A stretch of 64,000 nucleotides of DNA from the NCBI GenBank assembly GCA_052145475.1, contig JBKQOO010000086.1, forward strand, positions 21,360 through 85,359, read 5' to 3'. The stretch is from Solirubrobacteraceae bacterium (GTDB taxonomy: Bacteria > Actinomycetota > Thermoleophilia > Solirubrobacterales > Solirubrobacteraceae). Below the pieces are notes generated by a model, which saw only the letters and a program-made list of their open reading frames with translations, did no database searches and was not told where the DNA came from. Position numbers and translations under genes: made by a program. How positions within the stretch are numbered: the first letter of the stretch is position 1; each line of letters begins with the position of its first letter. Positions 46,952 through 56,909 of the stretch are shown in pieces.

Positions 46952-49119
46952 TTCGACGATCCGACGTCGAAACTTTCGTGCCACTCGGCCTGTAGGGCGA
47001 CGCCCCGTCGCAGTCGTGCGCGTCGTCGCCGCGTCCCGTCGTTCGCCGGGATCAGCTCGAGCGCCTGGTTGCACAGCTCGACGGCCTCGTGCGGCGCCCA
47101 CCCCCGGCCCGCCTGGTCTGCGGCGATGAGCAGGTAATCGACGGCGTTCGCGGCGTCGCCGGCCTCACGCCAGTGGCGAGCCAGGATCGCGGCATAGGTG
47201 GCCGGGTCTCCCGCCGCCTCCTCCATGAAGCGGGCGACCGCGGCATGGCGTTCTCGTCGCGCGGACTTGGGCAGTGTCGCGTATGCGACCTCGCGAACCA
47301 GGCCGTGCTTGAAGATCAGCTCCCGGTCGCCGCGGATCCGCGAGACCGGTGAGGCGCGGACCAGGCCGCGGCGCTCGAGAGCGTGCAGTGTCTCCACGAG
47401 CCCACCGTCGCTACCCAGCGCCTCGAGCGCCCCCTGCCAGAAGAACTCGCCGATCACGGACGCGTCGAGGATCACCTGTCGCTCGAGTGCCGTGAGCTGG
47501 TCGAGTCGCGCCGCGATGATCGTCTTGATCGTCGTGGGGATCGCGCCTGAGTCGGCAGCACTGCCCTCGGTCAGCCATGCAGTCAATTCCTCGATGAACA
47601 GCGGGTTGCCCCCGGCCGCCTCCTCGACGCGCCCGGCGAGCGCCTCCTGGCCTGCGGCGCCCGAGATGAGCCCAAGGACGAGCTCTTGAGAGTGGGCGTC
47701 GGTCAGCGCCTGGAGCTGGACCGTCACGTTGGTCGGGACGCGAGCCCAGCTCGGCCTCGCGTCGAGGAACTCGGGTCGGGCCAGGGCGAGCAGAAGCAGC
47801 GGCACGCCTACGAGCCTGGCCGAGAGCCCCTCGATCAGCTCCAAGAGGCTGTCGTCGGCCCACTGCAGGTCCTCGAGCACGACCAGGGTTGGCTGCTCGC
47901 GCGCGAGCGCCTCGAGAAACCGCTGCGCGGAGGCAAAAAGAAGCTGCCTGTCGTCGACCGTATCCTCAGCCAGACGGGCCAGGATCGAGAGGTGCGTCGC
48001 CAGCTCCCGTCCTCCGTCAGCTGGAAGCAGCGATGCCACTCGGTCGCCGAGCTTGGCCGCGGCAACCTCGGCTGAATCGGTCGCAAAGATCCCCGCGGCA
48101 TCCCTGACCACCTGTCCGAAGGCCCAGTAGGCGGCACGGTCGCCGTAGGGGAGGGGGCGGCCGCGCAGCGTCCTTCCTCCGGCGCTTTCGACACGCGCTG
48201 CGAGCTCGAGCGTCAGGCGTGTCTTGCCGATCCCCGGAGCTCCCACCAGGGTGACGAGCTGCGGATAGAGCTCACCCGAGGTCCGCGTCCACGCGCGCAC
48301 CAGAAGTTCCAGCTCGGCGTCTCTGCCGACGAATGGCGCCGCCGAGATCGGGCGATCGGCGGGCGCGCGAGCGGCGTCCCGGGCAAGCCAGGCAGGCATG
48401 CGATCCTGCTTTCCCTTCGCCAGGATCGGCTGCACCGCCTCGTACGTGATCGCATGTCGACTCGCAGCCTGGGTCTCCTCGCCGACCAGGACACCGTCAG
48501 GCGGAGCGGCGGCCTGGAGCCGAGCCGCGGCGTTCACGGCGTCCCCCATCACCGTGAACTCCCGGCGCCCGGGCGGCCCCACGGGCGCGAAGATCACCTC
48601 CCCGGTGTTGACGCCGATGCGGACACTGAGGCCGCCGAAGTCCTCGGCCCGCTGGGATGCCCGACGCTGGATCTCGAGCGCAGCGCGCACCGCCCGCTCG
48701 GCGTCGTCCTCGTGGGCGACCGGGGCGCCGAACACCGCCATCAGCGCGTCGCCGATGACCTTGTCGACGGAGCCGCCGAAGCGCTCGACGACCTCGCCCA
48801 TCTCGCTCATGCAGCGGTCCACCATCGACCGGACCTCCTCGGGGTCAGCGCGCTCGGACAGCGCCGTGAACCCGGACAGATCGGCGAACATGACCGTCAC
48901 CCATCGTCTCTCCCCATCGATCCGCTCGGCAGACCCAGGCTGCGACGGAGCATCGGTCTCGCATGCGGTGCCGCACGCTCCGCAGAAGCGAAAGCCCGGC
49001 GGGATAGCCGCACCGCACGCGCTGCACATCTGCCCGAGCCCAGCCCCGCAGTGGCCGCAGAATCGCTGGGCGGCGTCGTTGGCCTCACCGCAGGATGGGC
49101 AGCCAGCAGTTCGAGCCAC
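46909..49119 (-). CDS. Double zinc ribbon + class III adenylate cyclase + STAND AAA ATPase
   Basis: Four CxxC; TVMFADLSGFT, DKVIGDALMA, TVMGDAVNAAARLQ; GAPGIGKT, VLEDLQWAD, GNPLFIEE. Confidence 0.93.
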   Translation of the reverse strand: MARTAGCPSCGEANDAAQRFCGHCGAGLGQMCSACGAAIPPGFRFCGACGTACETDAPSQPGSAERIDGERRWVTVMFADLSGFTALSERADPEEVRSMVDRCMSEMGEVVERFGGSVDKVIGDALMAVFGAPVAHEDDAERAVRAALEIQRRASQRAEDFGGLSVRIGVNTGEVIFAPVGPPGRREFTVMGDAVNAAARLQAAAPPDGVLVGEETQAASRHAITYEAVQPILAKGKQDRMPAWLARDAARAPADRPISAAPFVGRDAELELLVRAWTRTSGELYPQLVTLVGAPGIGKTRLTLELAARVESAGGRTLRGRPLPYGDRAAYWAFGQVVRDAAGIFATDSAEVAAAKLGDRVASLLPADGGRELATHLSILARLAEDTVDDRQLLFASAQRFLEALAREQPTLVVLEDLQWADDSLLELIEGLSARLVGVPLLLLALARPEFLDARPSWARVPTNVTVQLQALTDAHSQELVLGLISGAAGQEALAGRVEEAAGGNPLFIEELTAWLTEGSAADSGAIPTTIKTIIAARLDQLTALERQVILDASVIGEFFWQGALEALGSDGGLVETLHALERRGLVRASPVSRIRGDRELIFKHGLVREVAYATLPKSARRERHAAVARFMEEAAGDPATYAAILARHWREAGDAANAVDYLLIAADQAGRGWAPHEAVELCNQALELIPANDGTRRRRARLRRGVALQAEWHESFDVGSSNQAKSSGEMSPPIS

Positions 49120-49250
49120 GACCCGATCCCCTACCGGATACCCCGACCGCGACGGATCTCTGAGGCGGTGGCGCGCATCTGTCCATCATCCATCTTCCTG
49201 GCCGGGCGTGCACGAACCCTCGAGCGCCCTCGAGACTCGCCCGAACTTGG

Positions 49251-49267
49251 TCATCGCGGCGCGATGG
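49251..49267. promoter_or_regulatory. Palindrome TCATCG CGGCG CGATGG upstream of poxB
   Basis: CATCGCG-G-CGCGATG inverted repeat; variant of TCATCC-N5-GGATGA. Confidence 0.35.
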
Positions 49268-49340
49268 TCTAAATGCAGACGGAGACGATCTTCGGGAATC
49301 ACGCGACGGCGCCGTTGGGCGTCCAAGGGAGGCACGGACG

Positions 49341-51110
49341 ATGAGCCTGCTCGTTGCTGACACGCTGGTGGAGACCGCGGTCCGGGCCGGGGTGGAGCGC
49401 GTGTACGGGGTGATCGGGGACAGCCTCAACCCGATCGGCGATGCGATCCGGCGCAACGGGAAGCTGCGCTGGATCCATGTCCGCAACGAGGAGGTGGGTG
49501 CGTTCGCGGCCGGGGCGGAGGCTCAGCTGACCGGGCGCGTGACGATGTGCGCCGGGTCCGCCGGACCGGGCCATCTGCACCTGGTCAACGGCTTGTATGA
49601 CGCAAACCGCTCTCGCGCACCGATGTTCGCGCTCGCCTCGGTGATCGTGAGCCCGGAGATCGGTGGCTCCTATTTCCAGGAATCCGATCCTCACTCGGTG
49701 TTCGGCGGGTGCAGCGTCTACAACGAGAGCTGCTCGACGCGTGCGCAGGCACCGCGGGTGTTCGAGATGGCCTTCCAGCACGCGATCGCCCGCGAGGGCG
49801 TCGCGGTTGTCGAGCTCTCGGGTGACACCGCAGAGGAGGACACCGGCCTGCGTTCGCTGTTGCCGCACCGCTTCGAGCTCGAGCCCGCGGTGGTGTCGCC
49901 AACGGATCGCGACCTGGACACGGTTGCCGAGCTGATCGATCGCCACGCGAAGGTCACGATCTATTGCGGTGCCGGGGTTCGCCATGCACACCCCGAGGTG
50001 CTCGAGCTGGCACAGCGGATCAAGGCGCCGGTCGGTTACACCCTGCGCGGCAAGGAGTGGATCGAGCACGACAACCCCTACGCCGTCGGCCTGACCGGAC
50101 TGATCGGCTTCGGCGGCTGCAGCAAGGCTCTTCAGGATGCCGATCTGCTGCTGCTCGTCGGCACCGACTTCCCGTATCGCAACTTCATCCCCGAGGGCAA
50201 GACGATCATCCAGATCGACTCCCGCCCCGAGCATCTCGGCCGTCGAGCCCGGCTCGACTACGGAGTGGCGGGCGACGCCGCGCCGACGCTGCGCGGGCTC
50301 TCCACGCGGGTCGCCGAGAAGAGCGACGACTCGCATCTGCGGGCCGCGCAGAAGGTTCACGAGGAGGCGTTGCGCAAGCTTGACGTCTATGTGCGCCACA
50401 CCGGCGGCCAGTCGCCGGTGCACCCCGAGTTCGTCGCGGCGACGCTCGACCGCCTCGCCTCCGAAGACGCGATCTTCATCCCCGACACGGGCATGTCTGC
50501 GGTCTGGGCCTGCCGATATCTGAACATGACCGCCGGCCGCCGGCTGATCGGGTCGTTCAACCACGGCTCGATGGCCAACGCGATGCCTCAGGCGATCGGC
50601 GCCCAGCTCGCCTACCCGGATCGTCAGGTGGTCGCCCTGTGCGGCGACGGCGGGCTGACGATGCTGCTCGGCGACCTGAGCACGATCGCGACCTACGAGC
50701 TCCCGATCAAGCTGATCGTGTTCGACAACGGGCTGCTCGACATGGTGCACTGGGAGATGCTCTCCGAGGGGTTCGAGCCGTATGAGACCGATCTCCACAA
50801 CCCCGACTTCGCGAAGCTCGCCGACGCATACGGGTTCCTCGGGATCGGCGTCGACCGGCACGACGATGTCCCGGCGGCGCTCACGAGCGCGCTCGAGCAC
50901 ACCGGTCCGGCGCTGATCTCGATCAAGACAGCCGGGCTCGCGGCCGGGATGCCGCAATACCCAACCTGGGAGCAGGCCAAGGGCATCGCCAGATCCACGG
51001 CGAAGCTCGTCTGGCACGGCCACGCCGAGGAAGTCGTCGACCTCGCCAAAGAGAGCATTCGCGACGTCGCCGAGCTCCCCGGCGTCCCAGCGGGCCGCGG
51101 ATCCGCGTGA
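49341..51110 (+). CDS. poxB: ThDP-dependent pyruvate dehydrogenase/oxidase (PoxB-like)
   Basis: GDSLN, HVRNEEVGAFAA, GPGHLHLVNGLYDA, SFNHGSMANAMPQAIGAQ, GDGG. Confidence 0.92.
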   Translation: MSLLVADTLVETAVRAGVERVYGVIGDSLNPIGDAIRRNGKLRWIHVRNEEVGAFAAGAEAQLTGRVTMCAGSAGPGHLHLVNGLYDANRSRAPMFALASVIVSPEIGGSYFQESDPHSVFGGCSVYNESCSTRAQAPRVFEMAFQHAIAREGVAVVELSGDTAEEDTGLRSLLPHRFELEPAVVSPTDRDLDTVAELIDRHAKVTIYCGAGVRHAHPEVLELAQRIKAPVGYTLRGKEWIEHDNPYAVGLTGLIGFGGCSKALQDADLLLLVGTDFPYRNFIPEGKTIIQIDSRPEHLGRRARLDYGVAGDAAPTLRGLSTRVAEKSDDSHLRAAQKVHEEALRKLDVYVRHTGGQSPVHPEFVAATLDRLASEDAIFIPDTGMSAVWACRYLNMTAGRRLIGSFNHGSMANAMPQAIGAQLAYPDRQVVALCGDGGLTMLLGDLSTIATYELPIKLIVFDNGLLDMVHWEMLSEGFEPYETDLHNPDFAKLADAYGFLGIGVDRHDDVPAALTSALEHTGPALISIKTAGLAAGMPQYPTWEQAKGIARSTAKLVWHGHAEEVVDLAKESIRDVAELPGVPAGRGSA

Positions 51111-51153
51111 TGCGCGCTTTCGCGGTGATCCGGGTCCGGCTCGTCCCGGGCTC

Positions 51154-51696
51154 ATGACCGAAGCGTGGAGCCCGGCAGAAGGGTCCCTCACCCCCCTCGG
51201 CGCCGCCGCGCGGGGGCTCGTTGCGGGCGCGATCGGGACCGCCGCGATGGATTTGTTCCTCTTCTCCCGCTACAAGCGCGAGCGCGGTGAGGAGCGCTTC
51301 CTCGCCTGGGAGTTCTCCGCGGGTATGCGCAGCTGGGAGCAGGCGCCGGCGCCTGCCCAGATCGGAAAGCGTGTGGTCGAGGGCGTGTTCGACCACGAGC
51401 TGCCGGCCGCGAGTGTGCCGCTCGTCAACAACGTGACGCACTGGGGATACGGAATCCTGGCGGGCGTCCAATACGGCATCGTCGCGGGGTCCGCCTCCGA
51501 GCAGCGGGTCGCCTACGGAATTCCGTTCGGTGCGACGGTCTGGGCGACGAGCTACGTCGTCCTGCCGCTGGCCAAGCTGTACAAGCCGATCTGGGAATAC
51601 GACGCGGAGACGCTCGCCAAGGACCTCAGCGCCCATCTCGTCTACGGGCTCGTCACCGCGGCCGCGTTCAAGCGTCTCGCGAGCAGAACGGAGTGA
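51154..51696 (+). CDS. Membrane protein (DUF1440-like)
   Basis: GLVAGAIGTAAMD, HWGYG, AHLVYG. Confidence 0.75.
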   Translation: MTEAWSPAEGSLTPLGAAARGLVAGAIGTAAMDLFLFSRYKRERGEERFLAWEFSAGMRSWEQAPAPAQIGKRVVEGVFDHELPAASVPLVNNVTHWGYGILAGVQYGIVAGSASEQRVAYGIPFGATVWATSYVVLPLAKLYKPIWEYDAETLAKDLSAHLVYGLVTAAAFKRLASRTE

Positions 51697-52121
51697 GAGA
51701 CGAGCCCCTGGTTGCCGCTGCGATGCTTGGTCTCGGCGGCGGCATGCGGTCCTTCGCACCTCCCGTCGGGCTGGCCGTCCACGGACGTCAACCCTTCGCC
51801 GGTCCGCTGCGGTTCGTCGTCTTCGGCGCTGCCGTCGGCGAGCTGATCGCCGACAAGTCGCCGCGAATCGGCAGCCGCTGGTCGCAGCGCGGCCTGACGG
51901 TGCGTGTCGTCTTCTCGAGCACCGGAGGTCGCGATCTGGACGGCTGCAAGGGTGCGGGTATCGCGACGCTCGCAGCGCTTGGCGCGGCATACACCGGCTC
52001 GCGCCTGCGTAGCGCGGTTCGCGGCCGAGGGGCTCAGCTGGCGGCGGCGGTCGCGGAAGATGCCCTCAGCTACTGGCTCGTCCTCCAGGCCCTGAGCGCA
52101 GCTTGTAATCGACCGGATTGA
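51693..52121 (+). CDS. Membrane protein (DUF4126-like)
   Basis: GMRSFAPP, GELIADK.P, AEDA; GTGA overlap. Confidence 0.7.
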   Translation: MRDEPLVAAAMLGLGGGMRSFAPPVGLAVHGRQPFAGPLRFVVFGAAVGELIADKSPRIGSRWSQRGLTVRVVFSSTGGRDLDGCKGAGIATLAALGAAYTGSRLRSAVRGRGAQLAAAVAEDALSYWLVLQALSAACNRPD

Positions 52122-52230
52122 TCCCGGCCGCCCGCAGGCGCACTCGAACATCGTGTTCTCCGACCATCTCCAGCGTGGGCAGCTCGACGAGCCTAGCCGC
52201 CTCGTGCGGCTTTGGCAAAACTCGCCCCAT
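52066..52230 (-). pseudogene. N-terminal remnant of an MDR/NADPH:quinone reductase gene
   Basis: Manual translation MGRVLPKPHEAARLVELPTLEMVGEHDVRVRLRAAGINPVDYKLRSG, then unrelated sequence and a stop. Confidence 0.7.
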
Positions 52231-52328
52231 CCCTGGGGATCAGTTCGTGCTGGGGTGGATCGCTAGAGTGGCGCTTGACGGCGTGCCCGTTGGGGCGGGG
52301 GCCAGCCGATGATTCAGGGGGTGGACGG

Positions 52329-55300
52329 TTGGATCCCGAGGCCGATGATCACCCGAAACTGACCGTGCAGGTGGTGGTCAAGCTCCTTGGCGGGTTTTCC
52401 GCGACACGCGATGGCCAGCCGCTGGAACCATCGGTCTGGCGTTTGCGCAAGGGCCGAGAGCTTGTCAAGATCCTTGCGCTCGCACCGGGCCATCGGCTGC
52501 ACCGCGAGCAGCTGCTGGAGGCGCTGTGGCCCGACCTCGACCCGGTCGCCGGCGCGAACAACCTCCACCAGGTCGTGCACGTCGCTCGCCGTGCTCTGGG
52601 TGCCGACGCGATCGTCTCGCGCGAGGCGCTGTTGACGCTGCGCGCGAGCGTGGATGTGGACGAGTTCGAGCGCGCTGCTGCGCACGCCCGCCGTTGCGGC
52701 TCGGCGGCGGCCTACCGCGCGGCGATATCGGTGTACGGCGGCGAACTGCTCCCGGAAAACCGCTACGACGACTGGGCGAGCGAGCGACGGGAGGAGATCG
52801 AGGAGCTGCACTCCGAGCTGGAGGCCAAGGTCAGCACCTCGGGTGAGCGGCGGATGCGCGCATTGCCTCCGCAGACAAGCTCCTTCGTGGGTCGCGGACG
52901 CGAGCTCCGCGAGCTGCTGGCGCTCTTGAACCGCGCGCGAGTACTGACTCTCGCCGGGGCTGGGGGATCGGGCAAGACGAGACTTGCTCTCGAGCTCGCA
53001 CGCGAGGCCGACGGCGCCTATCTCCACGGCAGCGCTTTCGTCGAGCTCGGCTCGGTGGGCCAGAGCCGTGAGGTCGCGCCCACCGTTGCGGCGGCGCTCG
53101 ACGTGGGGGCCCTGCCGGACCGCTCCTCGCTCGAGGGCCTTGCAGACTTCCTGAGCCCACGCACATTTCTCTTGATCCTCGACAACTGTGAGCATGTGCT
53201 GCCCGCGACGGCGGGCCTCGTCGACGCCCTCCTGCGCGCCGCACCCGGTCTGACCATCCTCACGACCAGCCGCGAGCCGATTCGGGTCGCGGGCGAGATC
53301 GTGTTTCGGGTGCCGTCGATGCTGATCCCCGATCCAGAGCAACGGCTGCCCCCTGAGGAGCTGTTGCGCTACGAGGCCGTGCAGCTGCTCCTTGATCGGG
53401 CCGTGGCCGCGACACCCGGTTTCGTGATCGATGCCGAGAACGCGCCGGAGGTCGCGCGGATCTGCTTCCGGCTCGATGGACTGCCGCTCGCCCTCGAGCT
53501 GGCCGCTGCGAGGATAGGCGCCCTGGGCACGGGGACTCTCGCCGAGCGTCTCGATGACAGCTTCCGGCTCCTGCGCAACGGAAGCCGCGCCGGCCCGACC
53601 CGCCAGCAGACTCTCACGGCGACCCTCCAGTGGAGCCATGACCTGCTCGATGAGCCCGAGAAGCTGCTGCTCCGCCGCCTCGGGATCTTTGCCGGCGGTT
53701 TCGACCTGGCCGCTGCGGAGGCCGTCTGCTCGGGCGAGGACCTCGAGGTTCTCGCGGTCGCGGACACTCTGGCTCGCCTGGTCGAGAAATCGCTGGTGAA
53801 TGCAGAGGACGTCAGGCGCGAGGGCCGCTACCACCTGTTGGAGACCGTGCGGCTCTACTCGGGCGGTCTGCTGCAGGCGGCCGGCGAGAGACCCGCACTC
53901 GCGGAGAGGCACGCGCGCTGGGCGTTGGGCGCAGCCGAACGCCTTGCGCGGTCGCCGGGGCTCGACCGCGACGCGGCGAACCTGCAGGCCGCGCATCAGG
54001 TGCTGCTCGTCAGCGACCCGCGCGAGGCCCTTCGCTACTGCGTGGCCCTCACCCCGTTCTGGATGCGCCGAATCGATCTGCATGAAGCGCATGAGCGCCT
54101 TGCGGAGAGCCTGGCTGCGGCCCAGGAGCGATCGGCACTGCGCGCCGCGGGTCTCCTGGCGATCTCGGCTATCGACTATCGGGCGGGGCATCTGGCCTGC
54201 GGGGCGGACCATGCTCGGGAGAGCCGAGAGATCTCGGTCGAGCTCGAAGACGAGCCGGGTCAATGGCGAGCGCTCCAACGCCTGGGCGAGATCGCTGTCG
54301 GCTATGACGACGCCGCCGGCGCCCTGAGGCTGCTCGGCGAGGCGCGTGCCCTCGCACGACGGGCGGGGTTGGATGCCCCGGAAGCCGTCTCGGTGTATTC
54401 GCTCGGCGTCGCTCAGTGGCTGGTGGGCGACCTGGTCGCCGCCGAGGGCCTTGTCACCGAGAGCGTGGCGTCATTTCGCAGGCTGGCCGGGACATCCGAG
54501 CGGATCCTGTCTCCGCTGAACATCGCCGAGATGCGATCGTGGGACGCCTCGGGGCAGCCGGGGCTGAGGATCGTCTTCGAGGAGACGCTTCAGCCGTTCG
54601 TCGAGATCTCGTGCGACACGGCGGTCGGCTACCTGCTCGCGAACCACGCAACCATCGCCCGTGTCCGCGGCGAGAGGGCGCGGGCGCAGAGCCTGCTCGA
54701 CGAGGCCGACGCACGATTCGGGCGGACCGACGACAGAAGAGGACAGGCCGATGTGCTCGTGCGCCGTGCCTACCTCGAGCTCGACGAGGGGGCCATCGCG
54801 AAAGCGCGGGGTCACCTCGAGCTCGCGCTGCAGCTGCGTCGTGGCCTGCGCGATCGGCGCGGTGTCGGGATGGCGCTGCTTGCGCTCGGTCTGCTGGAGA
54901 CGATGAGCGGCGACCACGGCCGCGCCGAGCAGCTGTTGTCGGAGGCCCGCGAGCTGTTTCGCCGGGCCGGCGACCGGTGGGGACTCGTGAGTGCGCTCTG
55001 GCGCACAGCTGATCTCGCGCTCGTACGAACGAGGCTGGACGATGCCGACGCCGCGCTGCAGGAAGCGCTGGCTGTCGTGGGGGAGACCGAGCGCCGCGGC
55101 TGGATCGCGGTCACGCTGGGGACGCTCGCGGAGGTGGCGCTTCTTCGGGGCGACGCCGCTCGCGCCTGTGAGCTCTTCGATCAAGCCCGGGAGAAATATC
55201 TCGCCGGCGGCTCGGACGCCGGTGCGGCGGCGATCCAAGCGCGTCTGCAAACGGTCGCCAAGGATCTGCAAAGGCCGCGCAAAGTCGCGTCTCGTAGAAC

Positions 55301-55340
55301 TGCCGGCACACCGAAAGCGAAACGGAGGCAGACATCGTGA
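52329..55340 (+). CDS. AfsR/SARP-type STAND regulator (wHTH/BTAD + NB-ARC-like ATPase + TPR)
   Basis: LLGGF, LHREQLLEALWPD, YGGELLP; GAGGSGKT, LILDNCEH, GLPLALEL; helical repeats; start uncertain. Confidence 0.92.
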   Translation: MDPEADDHPKLTVQVVVKLLGGFSATRDGQPLEPSVWRLRKGRELVKILALAPGHRLHREQLLEALWPDLDPVAGANNLHQVVHVARRALGADAIVSREALLTLRASVDVDEFERAAAHARRCGSAAAYRAAISVYGGELLPENRYDDWASERREEIEELHSELEAKVSTSGERRMRALPPQTSSFVGRGRELRELLALLNRARVLTLAGAGGSGKTRLALELAREADGAYLHGSAFVELGSVGQSREVAPTVAAALDVGALPDRSSLEGLADFLSPRTFLLILDNCEHVLPATAGLVDALLRAAPGLTILTTSREPIRVAGEIVFRVPSMLIPDPEQRLPPEELLRYEAVQLLLDRAVAATPGFVIDAENAPEVARICFRLDGLPLALELAAARIGALGTGTLAERLDDSFRLLRNGSRAGPTRQQTLTATLQWSHDLLDEPEKLLLRRLGIFAGGFDLAAAEAVCSGEDLEVLAVADTLARLVEKSLVNAEDVRREGRYHLLETVRLYSGGLLQAAGERPALAERHARWALGAAERLARSPGLDRDAANLQAAHQVLLVSDPREALRYCVALTPFWMRRIDLHEAHERLAESLAAAQERSALRAAGLLAISAIDYRAGHLACGADHARESREISVELEDEPGQWRALQRLGEIAVGYDDAAGALRLLGEARALARRAGLDAPEAVSVYSLGVAQWLVGDLVAAEGLVTESVASFRRLAGTSERILSPLNIAEMRSWDASGQPGLRIVFEETLQPFVEISCDTAVGYLLANHATIARVRGERARAQSLLDEADARFGRTDDRRGQADVLVRRAYLELDEGAIAKARGHLELALQLRRGLRDRRGVGMALLALGLLETMSGDHGRAEQLLSEARELFRRAGDRWGLVSALWRTADLALVRTRLDDADAALQEALAVVGETERRGWIAVTLGTLAEVALLRGDAARACELFDQAREKYLAGGSDAGAAAIQARLQTVAKDLQRPRKVASRRTAGTPKAKRRQTS
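55247..55301 (+). promoter_or_regulatory. Four GCAAAG-like direct repeats with ~11-bp period plus a -10-like box, inside the 3' end of the regulator gene
   Basis: GCAAAC 55247, GCCAAG 55257, GCAAAG 55268, GCAAAG 55279, then TAGAACT at 55295. Confidence 0.6.
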
Positions 55341-56740
55341 GCGCGACAATCGCACCGGTACTCGGGGATGCGACCGTACAGGAGCTGCGGGAAGCGATCC
55401 GCGGGCAGGTGCTGCGTGCCGGGGACGAGCCCTACCTGCAGGCGTGCCGTATCTGGAACGGCGCCTTCGACGATCGGCGTCCGGCCCTGATCGTCGTCTG
55501 CAGCGGAGCGGCAGACGTGATCGCGGCGGTCGGATTCGCGCGGAGCAACCATCTCGCGATCGCCGTTCGCGGCGGAGGGCACAGCATCGCCGGCTTCTCC
55601 AGCTGCGACGACGGAGTCCTCATCGACCTCTCCGCGATGCGTTCGGTGCGTGTCGACCCGGAGGCTCGGCGCGCCTATGTCGGCCCCGGTGCTGTCTGGG
55701 GCGACGTCGACCATGAGACACAGGCGCATGCTCTCGCCACCACCGGCGGTCTGGTCTCGACAACCGGCGTGGCCGGCTTCACGCTCGGAGGGGGTATCGG
55801 ATGGCTGATGCGCAAGCACGGTCTCGCCTGCGACAACCTGATCGGCGCCGACGTGGTCACCGCGGACGGCGCTCTGGTGCACGCGAGCGAGACCGAGAAC
55901 GCCGACCTCCTGTGGGGTCTGCGCGGCGGCGGCGGGAACTTCGGCATCGTCACCCAGTTCGAGCTCGCCCTGCATCCCGTGGGCCCGGTGCTGTACGCGG
56001 GCCTGATCTTCTTCTCGGCCGAGCACGATGCCGAGCTGATGCGCGTGTTCCGCGAGTGGGCGCCCAACGCACCCGATGAGATCACGGCGGCACTCAACCT
56101 CACAACGGCGCCGCCGCTGCCGGTCGTGCCGGAGGAGTGGCATGGCAGGAAGGTGATCGCGCTGATTGCGGTCTCCACCGGCCCGGTGGACGAGGCGGAG
56201 CCTCACTTCCGTTCGTTTCGCGAAGCCGCCGAGCCGGTCGCCGACCTGCTCGGCCCGATGCCTTATACGGCGATGCAGACTCTGATCGACCCCCTGTGGC
56301 AGAAGGGCATCCACGCCTACTTCAAGGCCACCAACCTCGCCCGGCTCGACGACACGCTGATAGAGCGGCTCTCCCGGCTGCACCAAGCCGCTCCCGGGCC
56401 ACAGTGTGAGATGCACATCCACCAGATGGGGGGTGCGGTGGCCGGGGTCGATGAGGACGACACAGCCTTCCCCGAGCGCTCGATGCCGTTCGTGCTCAAC
56501 GCGGTCACCGGATGGCACGACGCCAGTGGCGCGGCCGCCCACATGAAGTGGGCGCGGGATGTGATCGGTGCGGCCGCCGATGCCTCGACAGGGCGTGCCT
56601 ACGTGAACTTCCTGGGTGACTCCGACGCGGCGCAAGCCTCCTACGGGCGGCAGACCTACGATCGCCTCGTGGCGCTCAAGCGCCAGTACGACCCGACGAA
56701 CGTGTTCCGGCTCAACCAGAACATTCCACCGACGCCCTGA
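55337..56740 (+). CDS. FAD-linked oxidoreductase (berberine bridge enzyme-like)
   Basis: RGGGHS, GVAGFTLGGGIG, LRGGGGNFGIVT, YVNF, KRQYDPTNVFRLNQNI. Confidence 0.95.
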   Translation: MSATIAPVLGDATVQELREAIRGQVLRAGDEPYLQACRIWNGAFDDRRPALIVVCSGAADVIAAVGFARSNHLAIAVRGGGHSIAGFSSCDDGVLIDLSAMRSVRVDPEARRAYVGPGAVWGDVDHETQAHALATTGGLVSTTGVAGFTLGGGIGWLMRKHGLACDNLIGADVVTADGALVHASETENADLLWGLRGGGGNFGIVTQFELALHPVGPVLYAGLIFFSAEHDAELMRVFREWAPNAPDEITAALNLTTAPPLPVVPEEWHGRKVIALIAVSTGPVDEAEPHFRSFREAAEPVADLLGPMPYTAMQTLIDPLWQKGIHAYFKATNLARLDDTLIERLSRLHQAAPGPQCEMHIHQMGGAVAGVDEDDTAFPERSMPFVLNAVTGWHDASGAAAHMKWARDVIGAAADASTGRAYVNFLGDSDAAQASYGRQTYDRLVALKRQYDPTNVFRLNQNIPPTP

Positions 56741-56808
56741 GAGGAACCGCGGAGAAGTCCTGAGGCCCGAGCCGGCCGATTCGAGGCCGCACCTGTCCCT
56801 TGGGTGGA

Positions 56809-56844
56809 ACCCGGGGAAGAGCCAGGGTCATACACGGGCGACAG
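56809..56844 (+). promoter_or_regulatory. Three-part motif copy 3 (CCGGGGAAGAGCCAGGGTCATACACGGGCG)
   Basis: Followed after 20 nt by CAAGAT; upstream of DUF4331. Confidence 0.65.
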
Positions 56845-56909
56845 TTCGGGCCCATTGGGGCAAGATCGGCATCGCAGTCGTTGATCCGCTCTCCAGCGAA
56901 GGAGCCCAC

